Positions 37,839 to 51,430 of a DNA stretch of 64,000 nucleotides are shown here, one piece after another. The DNA is taken from the NCBI RefSeq assembly GCF_006345805.1, contig NC_043006.1, positions 57,846,001 to 57,910,000 on the forward strand, in the 5' to 3' direction. The DNA comes from Octopus sinensis (taxonomy: Eukaryota). Made by a program: the position numbers and the translations under genes. The notes beneath the pieces were generated by a model, which worked only from the letters and a program-made list of their open reading frames with translations, was not told where the DNA came from and searched no databases. Positions within the stretch are counted from its first letter, which is position 1; each line of letters begins with the position of its first letter.

Positions 37839-39058
37839 TTGGGTCATCCTATAAATAATGCATTTTTTTTTATATTTCTTTTATTTTTCAAAATTAAGAT
37901 AAAGAAGGTTTTTTTTAATCTAAAATTTACTCTCATTTGTTTTCTACAATGCCCCTCTTCCAAAATTCACTCATCCATGATGAAAATACTGCTCCAGTAG
38001 TGTTCTGACTTCATCTACAGAATTCATATTGTTTCTATCCAAATGATTTTGAAGACTGCAGAATAAACGATAATCAGATGGGGCAATGTCCGGCAAATAT
38101 GGTGGGTAGGGCATCGTTTCCCATTCAAACTGCTGCAGCCTTTGGAATGTCCTCCTCACGGTATGTAGTCATGCATTATCCTGATGGAAGAACACCTTTC
38201 ATCTTGAAATCAAAGATGGTCATTTTAGTTCTAACACTGACTTAAGCCACTTGAGCTGCTCGCAGTAAATCTCTTTGTTATAGTTTGGTTTGAGTTTAAA
38301 AGTTCAAAGAGGACTATACCTTTCATATCCAACCAAACAGATGGCGACAGCTTACATGGGTGAAGACCTTCTTTAGCCTGGGGTGCAGGTGTTTCTCACT
38401 GTCTTTGGTGCTTGACATTTTTATAGAGAATCCATTTCTCATCACTGGTCACTATTCGGTCCAAAAAAGTTTCAGTTGTGAGACATGACAACAAAGAAGA
38501 GCACACATTCACTCACTGCACGCGATTAGACTCAGCAAGTTTGTGAGGAACCCACTGATCCAGTTTACTGACTATTTCAATGGTACATAGGTATCAATGA
38601 ATGGTTGAATTACCAAATCCAAGCTTCTCTGTTAGTTCCTCAACAGTTACAATGGGATTTTGTTCCACCAGATTTTTCAGGACATCCTCATCAAGCTCTA
38701 CAGATCTTGCAGAATGAGGCTCGTCTTTTAGGCTGTAGTTTCTGGCTTGGAATTTCTGTAACCACTGTTGACACTGGTTTACGCTTATTGTCCAATCCCC
38801 ATATACTGCATTAATATTTCTAGCATTTTCCATTGCATTGTTGCCTTTATTGAACTCATAAAGCAAAATATGCTGAATATGCTCCTTTGTCACTTCCATT
38901 ATAAGTTTGAAAAAATAACTATTAAAATTGAAAAGCACTAAGAAAAAGGGCACAGTTAAAATTACTACCTGCTTTTATAGTAAGTTGATGCAGGTAGTTT
39001 ATCCTGACTTTTAGTTCATGCAATTGAAAAAAAACACAATATTTATGGGATGACCCAG
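37839..39058 (-). mobile_element. Defective mariner (DD34D) transposon, near full length (1220 bp)
   Basis: TIRs ttgggtcatcctataaata / tatttatgggatgacccag with TA flanks; N-terminal HTH MEVTKEHIQHILLYEFNKG...; QDNA*...PYLPDIAPSDY gives 34 residues between the aspartates; stops and frameshifts present. Confidence 0.93.
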
Positions 39059-39469
39059 TACAATGATCCCATAACAAGATTCTTGATTGGAGGCCCTCTC
39101 AGTCAAATTGAGGTATTTTTTCTTTAGGGTCTTTTGTTTTTGCTTTTTTTCCTCAGATTTAAATTAGTTTTTATAATGTCTCATCTCAACTATAATCTTA
39201 CTACTTAGAAAGCAAATACATATGGTATTTCTGCCTATGAGTATGTACTACTGAAACAGTTTTGATGCTATAACCTTTCTTAAAAGTCACAGTTTTATTA
39301 AGAGTAGCTGTGATGACTGAATTGTGCCACAAATATGTAACAAATAGCAAAATAGCATCACAACCTTGGCTTTTTTTTTTTGTTTCTTGTTTAAACAGCT
39401 GTAATGACTGCTTCTGCCCAGCACAATGTGTTTGTTGCCACTGTGATACGTAAATGTTAAATGATGATG

Positions 39470-39478
39470 ATGTGTGTG

Positions 39479-39528
<50 letters not shown>

Positions 39529-39566
39529 TATGTATGTATATAAATACATACATACATGGAGACACA

Positions 39567-39607
<41 letters not shown>

Positions 39608-39625
39608 GCATATATATATATATGA
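39470..39625. repeat. Compound (TA)/(TG)/(CA) microsatellite
   Basis: Read directly; explains ORFs 39201-39629 and 39287-39640. Confidence 0.9.
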
Positions 39626-40369
39626 ACACATGCTAATCATTTGAATTACTGCATAAACAATAATACTGTTAAATAAAAAATAATATAAAATAGTATATGG
39701 GAAGAGGGGAATTGTGTAACCTATAAAGTAGCCACCTCAAAAAATGTGTCCAACCAGCCTTGACAAATATAGATATTCTTTTTACACCAATAACTGTTTC
39801 TCTTTAATATAATGACTATAATAAGGTGGCAAAATGGCACAATCGTTAGAATGGTGGGCAAAATGCTTAGTAGCATTTCATCCATTTTTACGTTTCAAGT
39901 TCAAATTCCACCAAGGTTGACTTTGCCTTTCATCTGTTCAGGATCGATAAATTAAATACTAGTTGAGCACCAGCATCAACGTAATAAGCTTACCCCCTCC
40001 CGCTAAATTGCTAGCCTTGTACCAAATTTGATATCAGTACAATGACTGTAAGAGACAAGTATGTGGGTAGCATTTATCAACTTATGTACGAGTGGCCTAT
40101 TATTCCTAACTTGTGGACTTTAAGGCAATTACACACACACACGCACACACAAGCCTTGCAAGTAAATTTAGTAGGTGGAAATAGTGGGAAGCCCGTTGCA
40201 TATGCCAGCAAATGCATATGAAAGTTGATATCTTGTGGCTATGCTTCTAAAAGAAAGAAAGAAAGAAAGAAAGAAAGAAAAAAGGAAGGACAGAAGGAAG
40301 GAGTACCAATGTGGGGACGGACACACACACACACACTATATATATATATATATATATATGTATTACCCA

Positions 40370-40950
40370 GTGTGAGCTATGGACACATAAGAGGTGCAGC
40401 AATATCAAAGAAAGGCTAACTGGGAAGATAGTTTTTGTGTGTGGCAAATGCTCAGGAGCAATAAACACTGAAAATGTGCAGAGAACAGCTTCTGCCACAT
40501 ACCAAGGGAAAAACTACAAGTAGTTGATAGCTTCTGTTACATAGGAGACTAAGTTAGTAGCAGGGGTGGATGCTCTGAAAGTGTAGCTGCTAGAATAAGA
40601 ATACCCTGTGCAAAGTTCAGAGAAGTCCTACCTCTGCTGGTGACAAAGGGCTTCTCACTCTGAGTATAAGGTAGACTGTATGACACGTGTGTGAACAGCC
40701 ATGCTACATGTCAGTGAAACATGACTGCTGAGGACATGCATAAGCTTGCAAGGAATGAAGCCAGTATGCTCCACTGGATGTGTGATGTCAGTGTGCATAC
40801 ATGACATAGTGTGAGCACCCTGAGAGAAAAGTTGAACTTAAGAAGCATCAGATGGGGTATGCAAGAGAGATGACTGCGCTGGTATGGTCATGTGTTGCGA
40901 ATGGATGAGGACAGCTGTGTGAGAAAGTGTCACACCCATGCAATAGAGGG
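40370..40950 (+). mobile_element. RTE LINE ORF fragment (RT C-terminal region)
   Basis: CELWTHKRCSNIKERLTGKIVFVCGKCSG, VVDSFCYIGD, LRWYGHVLRMDED; degraded. Confidence 0.85.
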
Positions 40951-42109
40951 AACCTGTGGCTGAAAACTTTTGCAAAGTAGTGTGTTGGGGGGGGGGAAGT
41001 CACAAAAATGATGAAAGATCGATGTCCATTGCTGCTGAATGGAACCTGATGTGAGTTATCTCAATTGTCCATGACTTCCAGGTGTTTCAACACCAGATAC
41101 ATTGATGAGAATATATTCCCTTAAGCCTATAAGCGCAGCCTACCCATGAACTAGCAGAACACATTCCTTGTGTTTGTGTGTTCAATATTGTTTATATCCT
41201 TCGAGCTGCTTCTTATTCATATCTGAGAGTACACATATACTGTGTGAGTACCACATATACTGTATGTGGTTAAGAAACTTGCTTCCCAATTCAAGGTGAA
41301 ATAACATCTTTGTAATATCACCTCAGATCTCCTCATACCGCCATCTGCCTTCATCACTCACACATTCCCTCTCGCTTTCTTTCTCTCTTCCTGCCTGTCT
41401 GTCTGTCTGCCTATCTATCTATTTGTAAATAGACATAAACACACGCAGGAGTGGCTGTGTGGTAAGTAGCTTGCTTACCAACCACATGGTTCTAGGTTCA
41501 GTCCCACTGTATGTCACCTTTGGCATTTGGTTAACCCAGGGCTGACCAAAGCCTTGTGAGTGGATTTGGTAGATGGAAACTGAAACAGGTTTGTCAAGTG
41601 TGTGTGTGTGTGCTTTTATCTTGACACCACATGATTGCTGAAAACAAGCACTACTGTCATACGAGGAATGTTTGTTTCCAGCCTTCTGTGGAAAAACATC
41701 TCTGGCAATGGGGAAATATTATCTTGCTTGGACACAGGTGAAGGCTGACAACCAGGGCATCTAGGGGCCATAGAAAATCTGCCTGACCCATGCAAGCATG
41801 GGAAAATGGATGTTAAATGATGATGATGATGATGATAAAACATGAGAGTATAAAATACTATGTTTAGAAAGAGATAGCACTGTTAATAATCTTAAGAAAA
41901 TTATGAATTCCATACATTACCACCTTCTTATTGCTTTAAGGTGTACTTTTAATGACTCTTGTGTTTTCTCTCTTCCCCCACCTGCAATCTGAAATAGCTT
42001 TGTAGAGATAATTGCTTAGACAGTTGTTTTTCATACTGTGACTTGGCAAATATAAATAGGGGTATATTTTGAGATATTATTGAAAATGCCATTATAACTG
42101 CTTCAACTG

Positions 42110-42550
42110 ATTAATATCATTATCACCTTCATCAGCCTTTTCATCATCATCATAGACATTATCATGATTCTCCTCCTCCTCATCATCATCTCTATTGTAT
42201 CAACATCTTCACCATATATCCTTTTGCCATCATCTCTCTGTTATCTTTGTTGGTATCATTTTCTTGATATTATCATAGTCATCACCATCGTTGTTATCAC
42301 TGTCATCATCTTTTTGTTATTGCCATCATCATCTCCTTGATATCATCATTGCCCTTTTATCATCAACATCATCATCATGCCCATTATTGTTATCATCAAC
42401 CCCTTCATAGTATCATCATTACCTTCATCACTCCCCAACCCCTACCTTGTTATTGTTTTCATCCTTGTATCACATTCATCATCACCATCCTAAATGCCCA
42501 CATCTCCACCACCACTTCCATCCTCCTCCTATTCCGCCACCACCATCTTC
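42110..42550. repeat. Degenerate (CAT/CAC/TAT)n low-complexity tract
   Basis: Triplet-periodic; explains ORF 42337-42576. Confidence 0.75.
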
Positions 42551-45500
42551 GAGAGACAAAGTTACCATACCAATAGATACCAAGTAATTTATAATAATAT
42601 TTCTTGAAACACTTTGAAATGTCTTAATGGCATGTCAGAGTGTCATCCTCTCAACATGTAAAGTGTAATTATTGATAACAAATGCACTGTATCTTAATAC
42701 AACACACACACACACACACACACTCTGACCCACTTAAGTGCAGTTCATTTTACATGCACCTTCCCTTTCTATACTGCTTGTCACCACAGTGTCACCTTGT
42801 CTGCCAGAACACACTTATTCCTTTTTCCCAATGGCTTCCGTCATCACTCAGTTTTCAAAGTCACAGACTTCTGTCATCTTCCTACCATCTCAGACATATT
42901 GCCTTGAATACTGGCACTTGTCTCACAATACTGAGTACTCTTATCATTCATTCCTTTCATCACTATCATTCATGCTTTTATTGCTCATGCTTCTCATTCA
43001 GCAAAGGGGGCAAATGAATGAGTGGAGACATGAGGCTGAGGTTCCATTATTTTTTGTGACCAAGAAACGATTACCCATCTAGTGTTGGTGTCGCAAAAAT
43101 GCACCAAGTACATTCTGTGAAGTGGTTGGTATTAGGAAGTGCTTTCAGCTGCAGAAGCAAAGCCAACATAAAACAAAGTGTTAGATGAGGGTCCCTTGAC
43201 ATATCTAGGTGAGCAGAATCATCCAAACCATACCTGTAGGGACAGCAGGTGTAAATGACTATATGATATTGATATATATATATATATATATATACATACA
43301 CTTTCATCATTGGACACAAGATCACCTCCTCCAATGCCCCTCCCCTCTCAAAATTCCTTGTTTTGCAAGTTACTTGGTGACCCTGCCACTACTGGTGGCA
43401 CTTAAAAAGCAGCCAGTCCACATTGTACAGTGGTTGGCATTTGGAAGGACATCCTGCTGAAAAAAACCATGCCAAAACACACAGAAATATGGTGCAGTCT
43501 TCTGCTTGGCTAACTCTTATCAAACCATCAAACCCATGCCAACAGGGAAGGAGAACATTAAATGATGATGATGTTATTTGTTTTTATGTATAATTATATA
43601 TAAAAACAGTCAAACATTAATATAAGGATAAATAAGGACTACTCAAACTATTTCAGCAGAGTATCACATTTATTTGTATGAGGACAAAGTTGACAGAGAC
43701 TTCGAAGTTTTGATAGGTATAGGTTCATCAGACAGTCTGACAAAGCAACAACTAGAGAAATTTTGAAGTCACTGACAACCTTTTCATTGTAGATCAGACT
43801 GGAGCCTGGTGCAGCCTTCTGGCTTCCCAGATCCCAGTCGAACCGTCCAACCCATGCTAGCATGGAAAACGGACGTTAAACGATGATGATGATGATGATG
43901 ACACATACATGAGAGAGGAGAGAGAGAGTGAGAAAGAGTAAAAGAGAAAGTGAGAGAGAGAGAGTGAAAGTTAGAGAGAGAAAGAGTGAGAAAGAGAAAA
44001 AGAAAGAGAGAAAATCCACAACGTAGAATAAGTTTAAGATGTGAGAGAATTCAACTATTTAGGACAAAGATCCCTTGTCAAAGAAATGAGGACAAAGATG
44101 GCTAAATTAAAATATAGACAGATGGATTGATAAAGTTTATAGGCAGGCAGAAAGCTAGATGGGTTGATAAATATTTAGACAAAGAGATAAAGAGATTTAT
44201 CAATTAGACAGATAGTTTTATTATCGGTGGTGAGAGTCAGAGAGATAACTGTATACTTAAGTCAGTGTCAGTGTAATTAATTCATGGAGCATTAAGTGTT
44301 AGAAATAATTAGGCAATGAGAAAGAAAAACAAACAGAAGTCAACAACTAATAATCTTTGTAGACAAACAGATAAATTATCTTTCAGACAGTCAAATATAA
44401 GACAGACAAACATCCAGATAGAGATGTTTGAGCAGACATTCTATGCGATTGATATGCTTGTTTTGTCCATTTTAAAGTTCGTTTTCCTCTGCTGGACAAG
44501 TACTTATTTGTGGCAGTATTTTTACAGCCGGATGCTCTTCCTGTCGCCAACTTAGTTATATTTCACAAATAAGGAATTTCTTTTTTATTCCACTGTTTTG
44601 AGGAGGCATAGCTATAAGACAGGATGTAATATTTTACCAGGTATGTAAACAAGACAATATTGTTTTTTCATTTTTTTTTTCACTCAAAAATTATTTCATG
44701 CAAGTAGTAGAAATGATGATTTTCACACACAAACAAACACATACATAACATACCTCTATGCAGTTTCCATCTACCAACTCTCTTCACAAGGCATTGCTTG
44801 GCTTCAGGCAATAGTAGAAAACAGCCCAAGATGCCATGCTGTAGATCATGTAGTTGTTAAATGTATTTCATAAGCACACAAACCATGCCTAAATCCACAT
44901 TGCCAGGAAATATATTTCCCAATAATAGATATACAGTACATGATATATAATTAAAAAGCATAGGCAATTAAGAAGTAAGGCAATAACTGAAAAGTACAAT
45001 CTAGACAAGTTGCATAAATATAACAAGGTATTAAATTAGATTAATCAAAAGCATAGGTTTCAAAACTAATTGTCTTCAGGAACATCCTTGTTGTTGTTGT
45101 TTAGTCCCAGGTTATCCCTGGTTGAGCAAACCTATAATCAAAAGCATTCCTTCTTTGGCCATCCTATCTTTTGTACTCTTTCTTCAAGATCACATGGTTT
45201 GAACTGGGGGGAAATTTGGTTGCTATTTCTAGTAAGTTGAGTGATCATATAGAGGTGTATTCATGGGTACATTCATAAGTAAGTCTTCTGTGTTGGTGTT
45301 TAGGACAGGTTTGATAAGATAAGAACCAACAAACCATGGACAGCACAAGAGTAACCAACTGAAAATTTGGTGATGGAGGCATAAAAATCACCACACCAAT
45401 ATCAATTTTGTTTTCAACATTTCATTATCCTACTACTGTTGCTGGTACTTAGAATTTTGGTAAAACAAAATGTTAAGAGAACCGTTGTAGAACTTAGAAT

Positions 45501-46746
45501 CTAAATTGCAAATTATCATCATTTATACAGCCAAAGTTAAATCAAACCAATTTAAGTCCATTTTCTAACCCCAGGATTAAGACACGAAATATACAATCAC
45601 AGTATATTTTACTTATCATTGGCCTGCAGCCATGCTGGGGCACCACCTTGAAGGGTTTCGTCAGAAAAATGGGCCCCGGCACTTATTTTCTTTTTAAGTC
45701 AGGTTCTTATTCTTTCAAACACTTTTTCCTGAACTGCTAAGTTACAGGAATGTAAACAAACCAACACCAGTTGTCAAGCAGTCATGGGGGATAAATACAC
45801 ATACATACACACACTAGGCTTTTGCAGTTTTGGTCTACCAAATTCACCCACAAGGCTTTGATTGGCCCAGGACTTATAGTAGAAGACATTTGCCCAAGGT
45901 GCAATGCAGTGGGACTGAACCTGGAACTATGTGGTTGGGAAGCAAACTTTTTACCACTCAGCCATGCCCATGCCTACAGATTTTTACTTCTCTTTCTTTC
46001 TTTCTTTCTTTCATTTTTTTTTTTTTTTTTGTAAGGGAAGTTTGAAGGCAACTAAATAATTAAGTAGAGGAAAACAGTTTAGCTTCATCATCTTTGCAAC
46101 TTTCATGGGTGATTTCATCTAATTTGCTTCCTACAATTTTGAGTGGGAATACAGGCACAGCTTCTGAAGAACAAAGTCTCTTTTATTTATAAGACAAAGG
46201 AGTAGTAATTTGGTATTGAAATTGCAAATGGATTGAATTATACATGAGCACATCAGAGAAAATTCTAAGTGGCAGAATATGAGAAATTAAGTTATTGAAT
46301 TATTAACCTCTTGCTATGAATTCTAACCATGTAACCTGCATCAACCACTGTATCATGACTTAGGGCAAGCTATGGCATAACTGATTGCCCTAGTGTATCG
46401 GTATGACAATATGTCTCCCTCCTACTTCATAGCTGAGTGAATAAGGACATCATTATTACCATTAGTTTAACATTCACTTTTCGATGCAGGCATGAGTCAG
46501 ATAAAACCTAGTAAGGCACTTTTTCTGTGGTTGGATTTACAGGATAAAAGGAAACATCTGGGGTTACAAAACAACAACAAAACCAAACAGAGAATAGAAT
46601 GAAGTTTTCATAGATTGTTGTTCTTCAGGGATAGTAGTTTTGCATTTTCAATTGATGATAGATCTGAACTTATTTTTTTTTTAGTTTTCTCACTGGGACA
46701 GATAGATATCTATTAGAATTTTACTTGTGTTTCATAAATTTCATAC

Positions 46747-46915
46747 ATGTCTATCAATTTGTTTTGTAAGTTTATTAAGTTAATGGACAGAAGAGGAAAT
46801 GATTTTATCTTGGCTGAAAAATTGCGTCCCATTTCAACAGGAAACTCTAAGATGACATCAAGTGGAAAATGTTCCCCGTCTGCCATCCCACCACAAATAG
46901 TAAAAACTTGTAGAG
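46747..46915 (-). CDS. Candidate internal coding exon (169 nt), possibly the winged-helix region of an NB-ARC/STAND NTPase
   Basis: Pyrimidine-rich acceptor ...ctgctttctttacag|, donor GACAT|GTATGA, open frame LQVFTICGGMADGEHFPLDVILEFPVEMGRNFSAKIKSFPLLSINLINLQNKLID(M). The domain call is by-eye inference. Confidence 0.5.
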
Positions 46916-47899
46916 CTGTAAAGAAAGCAGTAACCCTTGAGAGATGGTGGAAGGGGAGGGAGAGAGAGAGATTTATAGTACCATGAAGAAAACAGCAACC
47001 CTTGAGAGACAGAGCTGTGTAGAAAGGAACAAAAAAAAAAAAAAGAACAATAAATGAACAGCCACAGAAAATAACAAAATATTTCAAATAAATAAACCTA
47101 AACAAAATAAAAATTAAAGAGAAACATATCATTCCTTAGATTTCAAAGATGTAAGCTCAAATTCTTTTGCACTCCTTATGTACGAAAACAAAACAAAGAG
47201 TATAATTTTTTTTTTTACCATCAGTCTAAGAAGTGTTAGGAACCAACTACTTCATAAATTGAGAGAGAAACAAACAGATCTGCTAAATCCATTCCACTCA
47301 TTGTAATAAGGAAAATTTTTTAGAAAATTATGTCTAAATAAATCACATGAAAACAAAAAGATTAAAAATGCCATCATGAAACAGAGAAAGCAATCTTTAT
47401 TAAAGATTTAACTGGAAAATAAATACTTATTTTTGTATAGATTTACTCTTCATAAATTGTATTATTTATAATGGAAAACATTTTATTTCCCTAAAATCAC
47501 AATAACAGATAATAGAGTTTTATAAAGAGTTGTTATGGAAACTATAGCAGCAGTTGTCTTATACATTAGTGAGAAATAGAAGTCGCTAAGTGACTGCCTG
47601 CTGCAAGACAGCTAAAATCTAATTTCATTTAGGCTGTTGTTGTATTTGCCTGAAGACAGTGCTGATTAAACAGACCAATGATCAAAGGCATTCCAGCCAT
47701 GATCATCCCAACTTTCAAAAATGATTATTGGATATACATGCAGTGGCTGTGTAGTTAAGAAGTTTGCTTCCCAACTATGTGGTCTTAGATTCAGTTTCAC
47801 TGCACGGCACCTTGGACAAGTATGTTCAAATATACCCCTGAGCTTACCAAAGCCTTATGAATGAATTTGGCAGATGGAAACTGAAAGAAGCTCATCATA

Positions 47900-47934
<35 letters not shown>

Positions 47935-47939
<5 letters not shown>

Positions 47940-48157
47940 GAATTGATTTTACTGTTATCAGTTCTTAAATATAGTCACGAAACACGTGTAGTCATTTTAC
48001 AAATTATATATGTTTTATTTATTATTTTATACATTACTTAATCATTGGTATATGATTTTATCTTATATTTAATTTTTTTCTATAGGATGTAATTTTTTTC
48101 TATATGGTATAATTTAATTTTTTCATAGTTGAATTGATAAAAGGTAGTTTTTTTCTG

Positions 48158-48198
<41 letters not shown>

Positions 48199-48290
48199 GA
48201 AATTTGATTTAGTATTTCTAAATTGAATTTTTCCCTATGAGTTTTGGAATAATATTCCCTAATATTATTATTATTATAATAAATATATAT
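47935..48290 (+). mobile_element. Second copy of the 7425-8530 PLE-like family, 5'-truncated, with the 3' half of the hammerhead
   Basis: aaatatagtcac-GAAA-CACGTG-TA-gtc at 47967-47993; 48190-48290 matches 8441-8530. Confidence 0.7.
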
Positions 48291-48787
48291 ATATATATAT
48301 ATATATAATTTAAAACAGTTTGATTCGGCTCCATGCTACTTCAAGTTTTTCACAGGCCCCTAAAAGGAGCATGAAGTAATCAAACAATTTTAAATAATAC
48401 AAGTAGCATAGAAGTAATCAAACAATTTTAAATAATACATGTATCTCCTACTATATGTTTTGAATGCCCTTTTCTTTTGTTTGTCTACTCTCTTGTATAT
48501 GTATGTATGTACGTACATACGACTATATCTGAGTGTGTGTGTCTTTATATCTGTCTCCGACCACAGCTTGACAATCGGTGTTGATTTGTTAACATCCTTG
48601 TAACTTAGCACTTCAGTAATAGACACTGATAGAATAAGTATCAGGCTTAAAATATAAGTACTAGGGTCAATTTGTTTGAGCAAACATTCAACACAGTAAT
48701 TCCCAGCATGGCCACAATCAAATGACTGAGACAGGTAAAAGATAAAACATACTGCAGCCAAGTCTTCAAGTAATATCTTACTCTCTC

Positions 48788-48834
<47 letters not shown>

Positions 48835-49048
48835 GCACCCATAAAATACACACATATATATAACAAACACACACACACATATACATATATCTATGACAGG
48901 TTTCCAAACAACTTATAACTACTAAATTCTTTTCGCAAAGCTATGGTTACCTGAAACTATGACAGAAGACATCTTGCCCAAGGAACATTGAACCATGAAA
49001 CTAAAAAGGCAAACATACTAACCAAACACCCTCAACTAAGTATCTTAC

Positions 49049-49079
49049 TTTCCTGTACACTGACTTGGGTGACACAAGT
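49049..49079 (-). CDS. Candidate 31-nt exon, phase-compatible with the 46747-46915 exon
   Basis: Acceptor ttttcttttttgtttttcttgtactgcag|, donor GAAA|GTAAGA; the join reads TCVTQVSVQE-T-LQVFTIC. Confidence 0.35.
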
Positions 49080-51264
49080 CTGCAGTACAAGAAAAACAAA
49101 AAAGAAAAGCTTTCCCCTTCATGCATTCCTACATTCCTACCCAATGTCATTTCTTTCTCAAACTTTACTTTTCTAAGACTTCTTTGACAAATATCTGGCT
49201 TCTTAAAATTCAAGTAGGTGAAAGAAAAATATTAATGGTAGTAATGAAAAAAATATCCATTTCTGGTGGAATCTGAGAACTGTCTTAGAACAGGTTTCAG
49301 ATTCTTCATTTTACTACAACAATAAAGAAGTGGATAGATTTTGACATTGTATTCTTTATTTTTTTGTGAAATTAGAGAAGTAGTTTAATGCTGGCTTCAT
49401 ATTCTTCATTTTAGTAGAATCAGGAGTAGCTTAACACTGGCCTAGTATCCTGGCATTTTTTTTTAATAAAATCAAACTCAACAGGATATCAGGGTAAACC
49501 CTATTGATGTGAATAGCATTTTTATGCTATTCATACACACACACTGACTCACTCACAGCAACTCATTCACACATACATACACGTGCACATACAAGATAAA
49601 TACTTGCATTACACAAACATACAAACTAAAGATAACTGACAAATGTATATTTATGTGTGTATGGGTGAGTGAGTGCATATAAGCATTCATATACATACAT
49701 ACATAGATTTACACATACAAACATATACATACATATGTATAGATACATAGATAATACATCCACACACACACACGCAAAGAAACATATACACACTACTGTT
49801 GTTCAGTTTAAACCATCAACATAGAGTTATTTTTGTTCCTTGTAGATTTAAATTTCATGAAGCCAGTTCAGGAGATTTCACAGAAGACACCAAAAACCCT
49901 GCTATGCCCTACTGCCTTGTATTAGAATACAAGATTTAGCAGAATTATGATCATATCTTTTACTTTCACTCAGTGGACTGAAGCTGTGCTGGAAGGATTT
50001 TAGTCATACAAAGTGACCCCAGTAATTTATTTTTCTTAAACCTGGTACTTATTCTATGGGTCCCTTTTGCTGAACCACTAAATTGCAGGTATGTAAACAA
50101 ACTAACACTGGTTGTCAAGTGGTGGTGGTGACATATACATGCACCCGCACACATTGGTATTACGAAGGGCATCCAGCCATAGAAACTATGCCAAAACAAG
50201 CAGGGAGCCTGAACAGCCCTTCAGCCGGTTAGCTCCTGTCAAACCGCCCAACTCATGCCAGCATGTAAAACGGACATTGAATAATGGTGATGATACGCAC
50301 ACATACATGCAAATGTGATATACTTCTTTCTAGTTCTGTCTACCAAATCCACTCATAAGCTTTTGGTCAGCCTGGGCCATAGAAGACACTTGCCCAAGGT
50401 ACCATGCAGTGGGACTGAACTTGGAACCATGCAATTGGAAAGCTTCTTACCACACAACTACAATGTGGATTTAGCATCTATTTCTAGTAGATCAAGTGAC
50501 TACATAGAAGTGTCCTCATGGTGCTGTGTTAAAGCCAAATAGTAAGTAATATGCAGACATTTCTCAAATAACAGCTTCTCAGTTTTCAAGAGTATTTTCT
50601 TTCTTCGTGTTCAATTTCAGTCAATATTTTATTCCGTCATTGTTCATCAAATTACTAAAGATTAAACACACTACATCCCAGCTGCATCAAAATCACCATC
50701 ACCATCATTATTATTCATTCACTTTCAATACTGGCATGCGTTGGATGGTTTGGAAGGATCTAATAGGCCAGAGATCCATATCTAGCTCAAATGTCTGTTT
50801 TAGTATGGCTTACACAACCAGGTGCCCTTCTTAATGTCAACTACTCTACAGAGTGTATTGGGGGCTTTTTATTAATACATCAGCATGAGTGATGCTGCTT
50901 TGTAACTCCCAGGAATTAAAAGGCAACATCAAGGCTACAGAATACTCCCAACAAAGAGGAAGAACAGAGGACAGGATGGCGAATTTAGGAGAGACGTTGA
51001 AAAGTTAAAATATGTTTGGAGAAAAAAGTTTCTTGTTGTGAGAGGGTGTTAGTGGGGAGAATAACAGAGACTATGTTAGAGAAGAGAATAATAGAAGGGA
51101 AAGAGAAAGAGAGAGAGAGCATTGTCATGGGTTAATGAGTTAGAGTAATTAGAACAGTCAGGTGGGCAGGGTAAGGAGAAATTCAAGGCTATTCAAACTT
51201 ATATGTGGGTGAGAGGGGATGGATGGAGTAGTGCTAGAAAGTGATAAGGAGCCAGAAAGTACCT

Positions 51265-51430
51265 ATTTCTTTACTTCCCACAAGGGGCTAAACACAGAGG
51301 ACAAACAAGGACAGACAAACGGATTAAGTCGATTATATCGACGCCAGTGCGTAACTGGTACTTATTTAGTCGACCCTGAAAGGATGAGAGGCAAAGTCGA
51401 CCTCGGCGGAATTTGAACTCGCAAGCTGGA
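51265..51430 (-). mobile_element. Young 5'-truncated SINE with 19-bp TSD
   Basis: AAGGAGCCAGAAAGTACCT at 51246-51264 and 51431-51449; CpG-rich body. Confidence 0.92.

Noticed and set aside
39225-39410. Degraded hammerhead candidates (cctatgag...tgaaacagttttga; taaacagctgta)
   Set aside because: The core is broken and no stem I pairing was found; too decayed to call.
46747-46986. Plus-strand 79-aa ORF
   Set aside because: It is antisense to a frame with much better splice signals.
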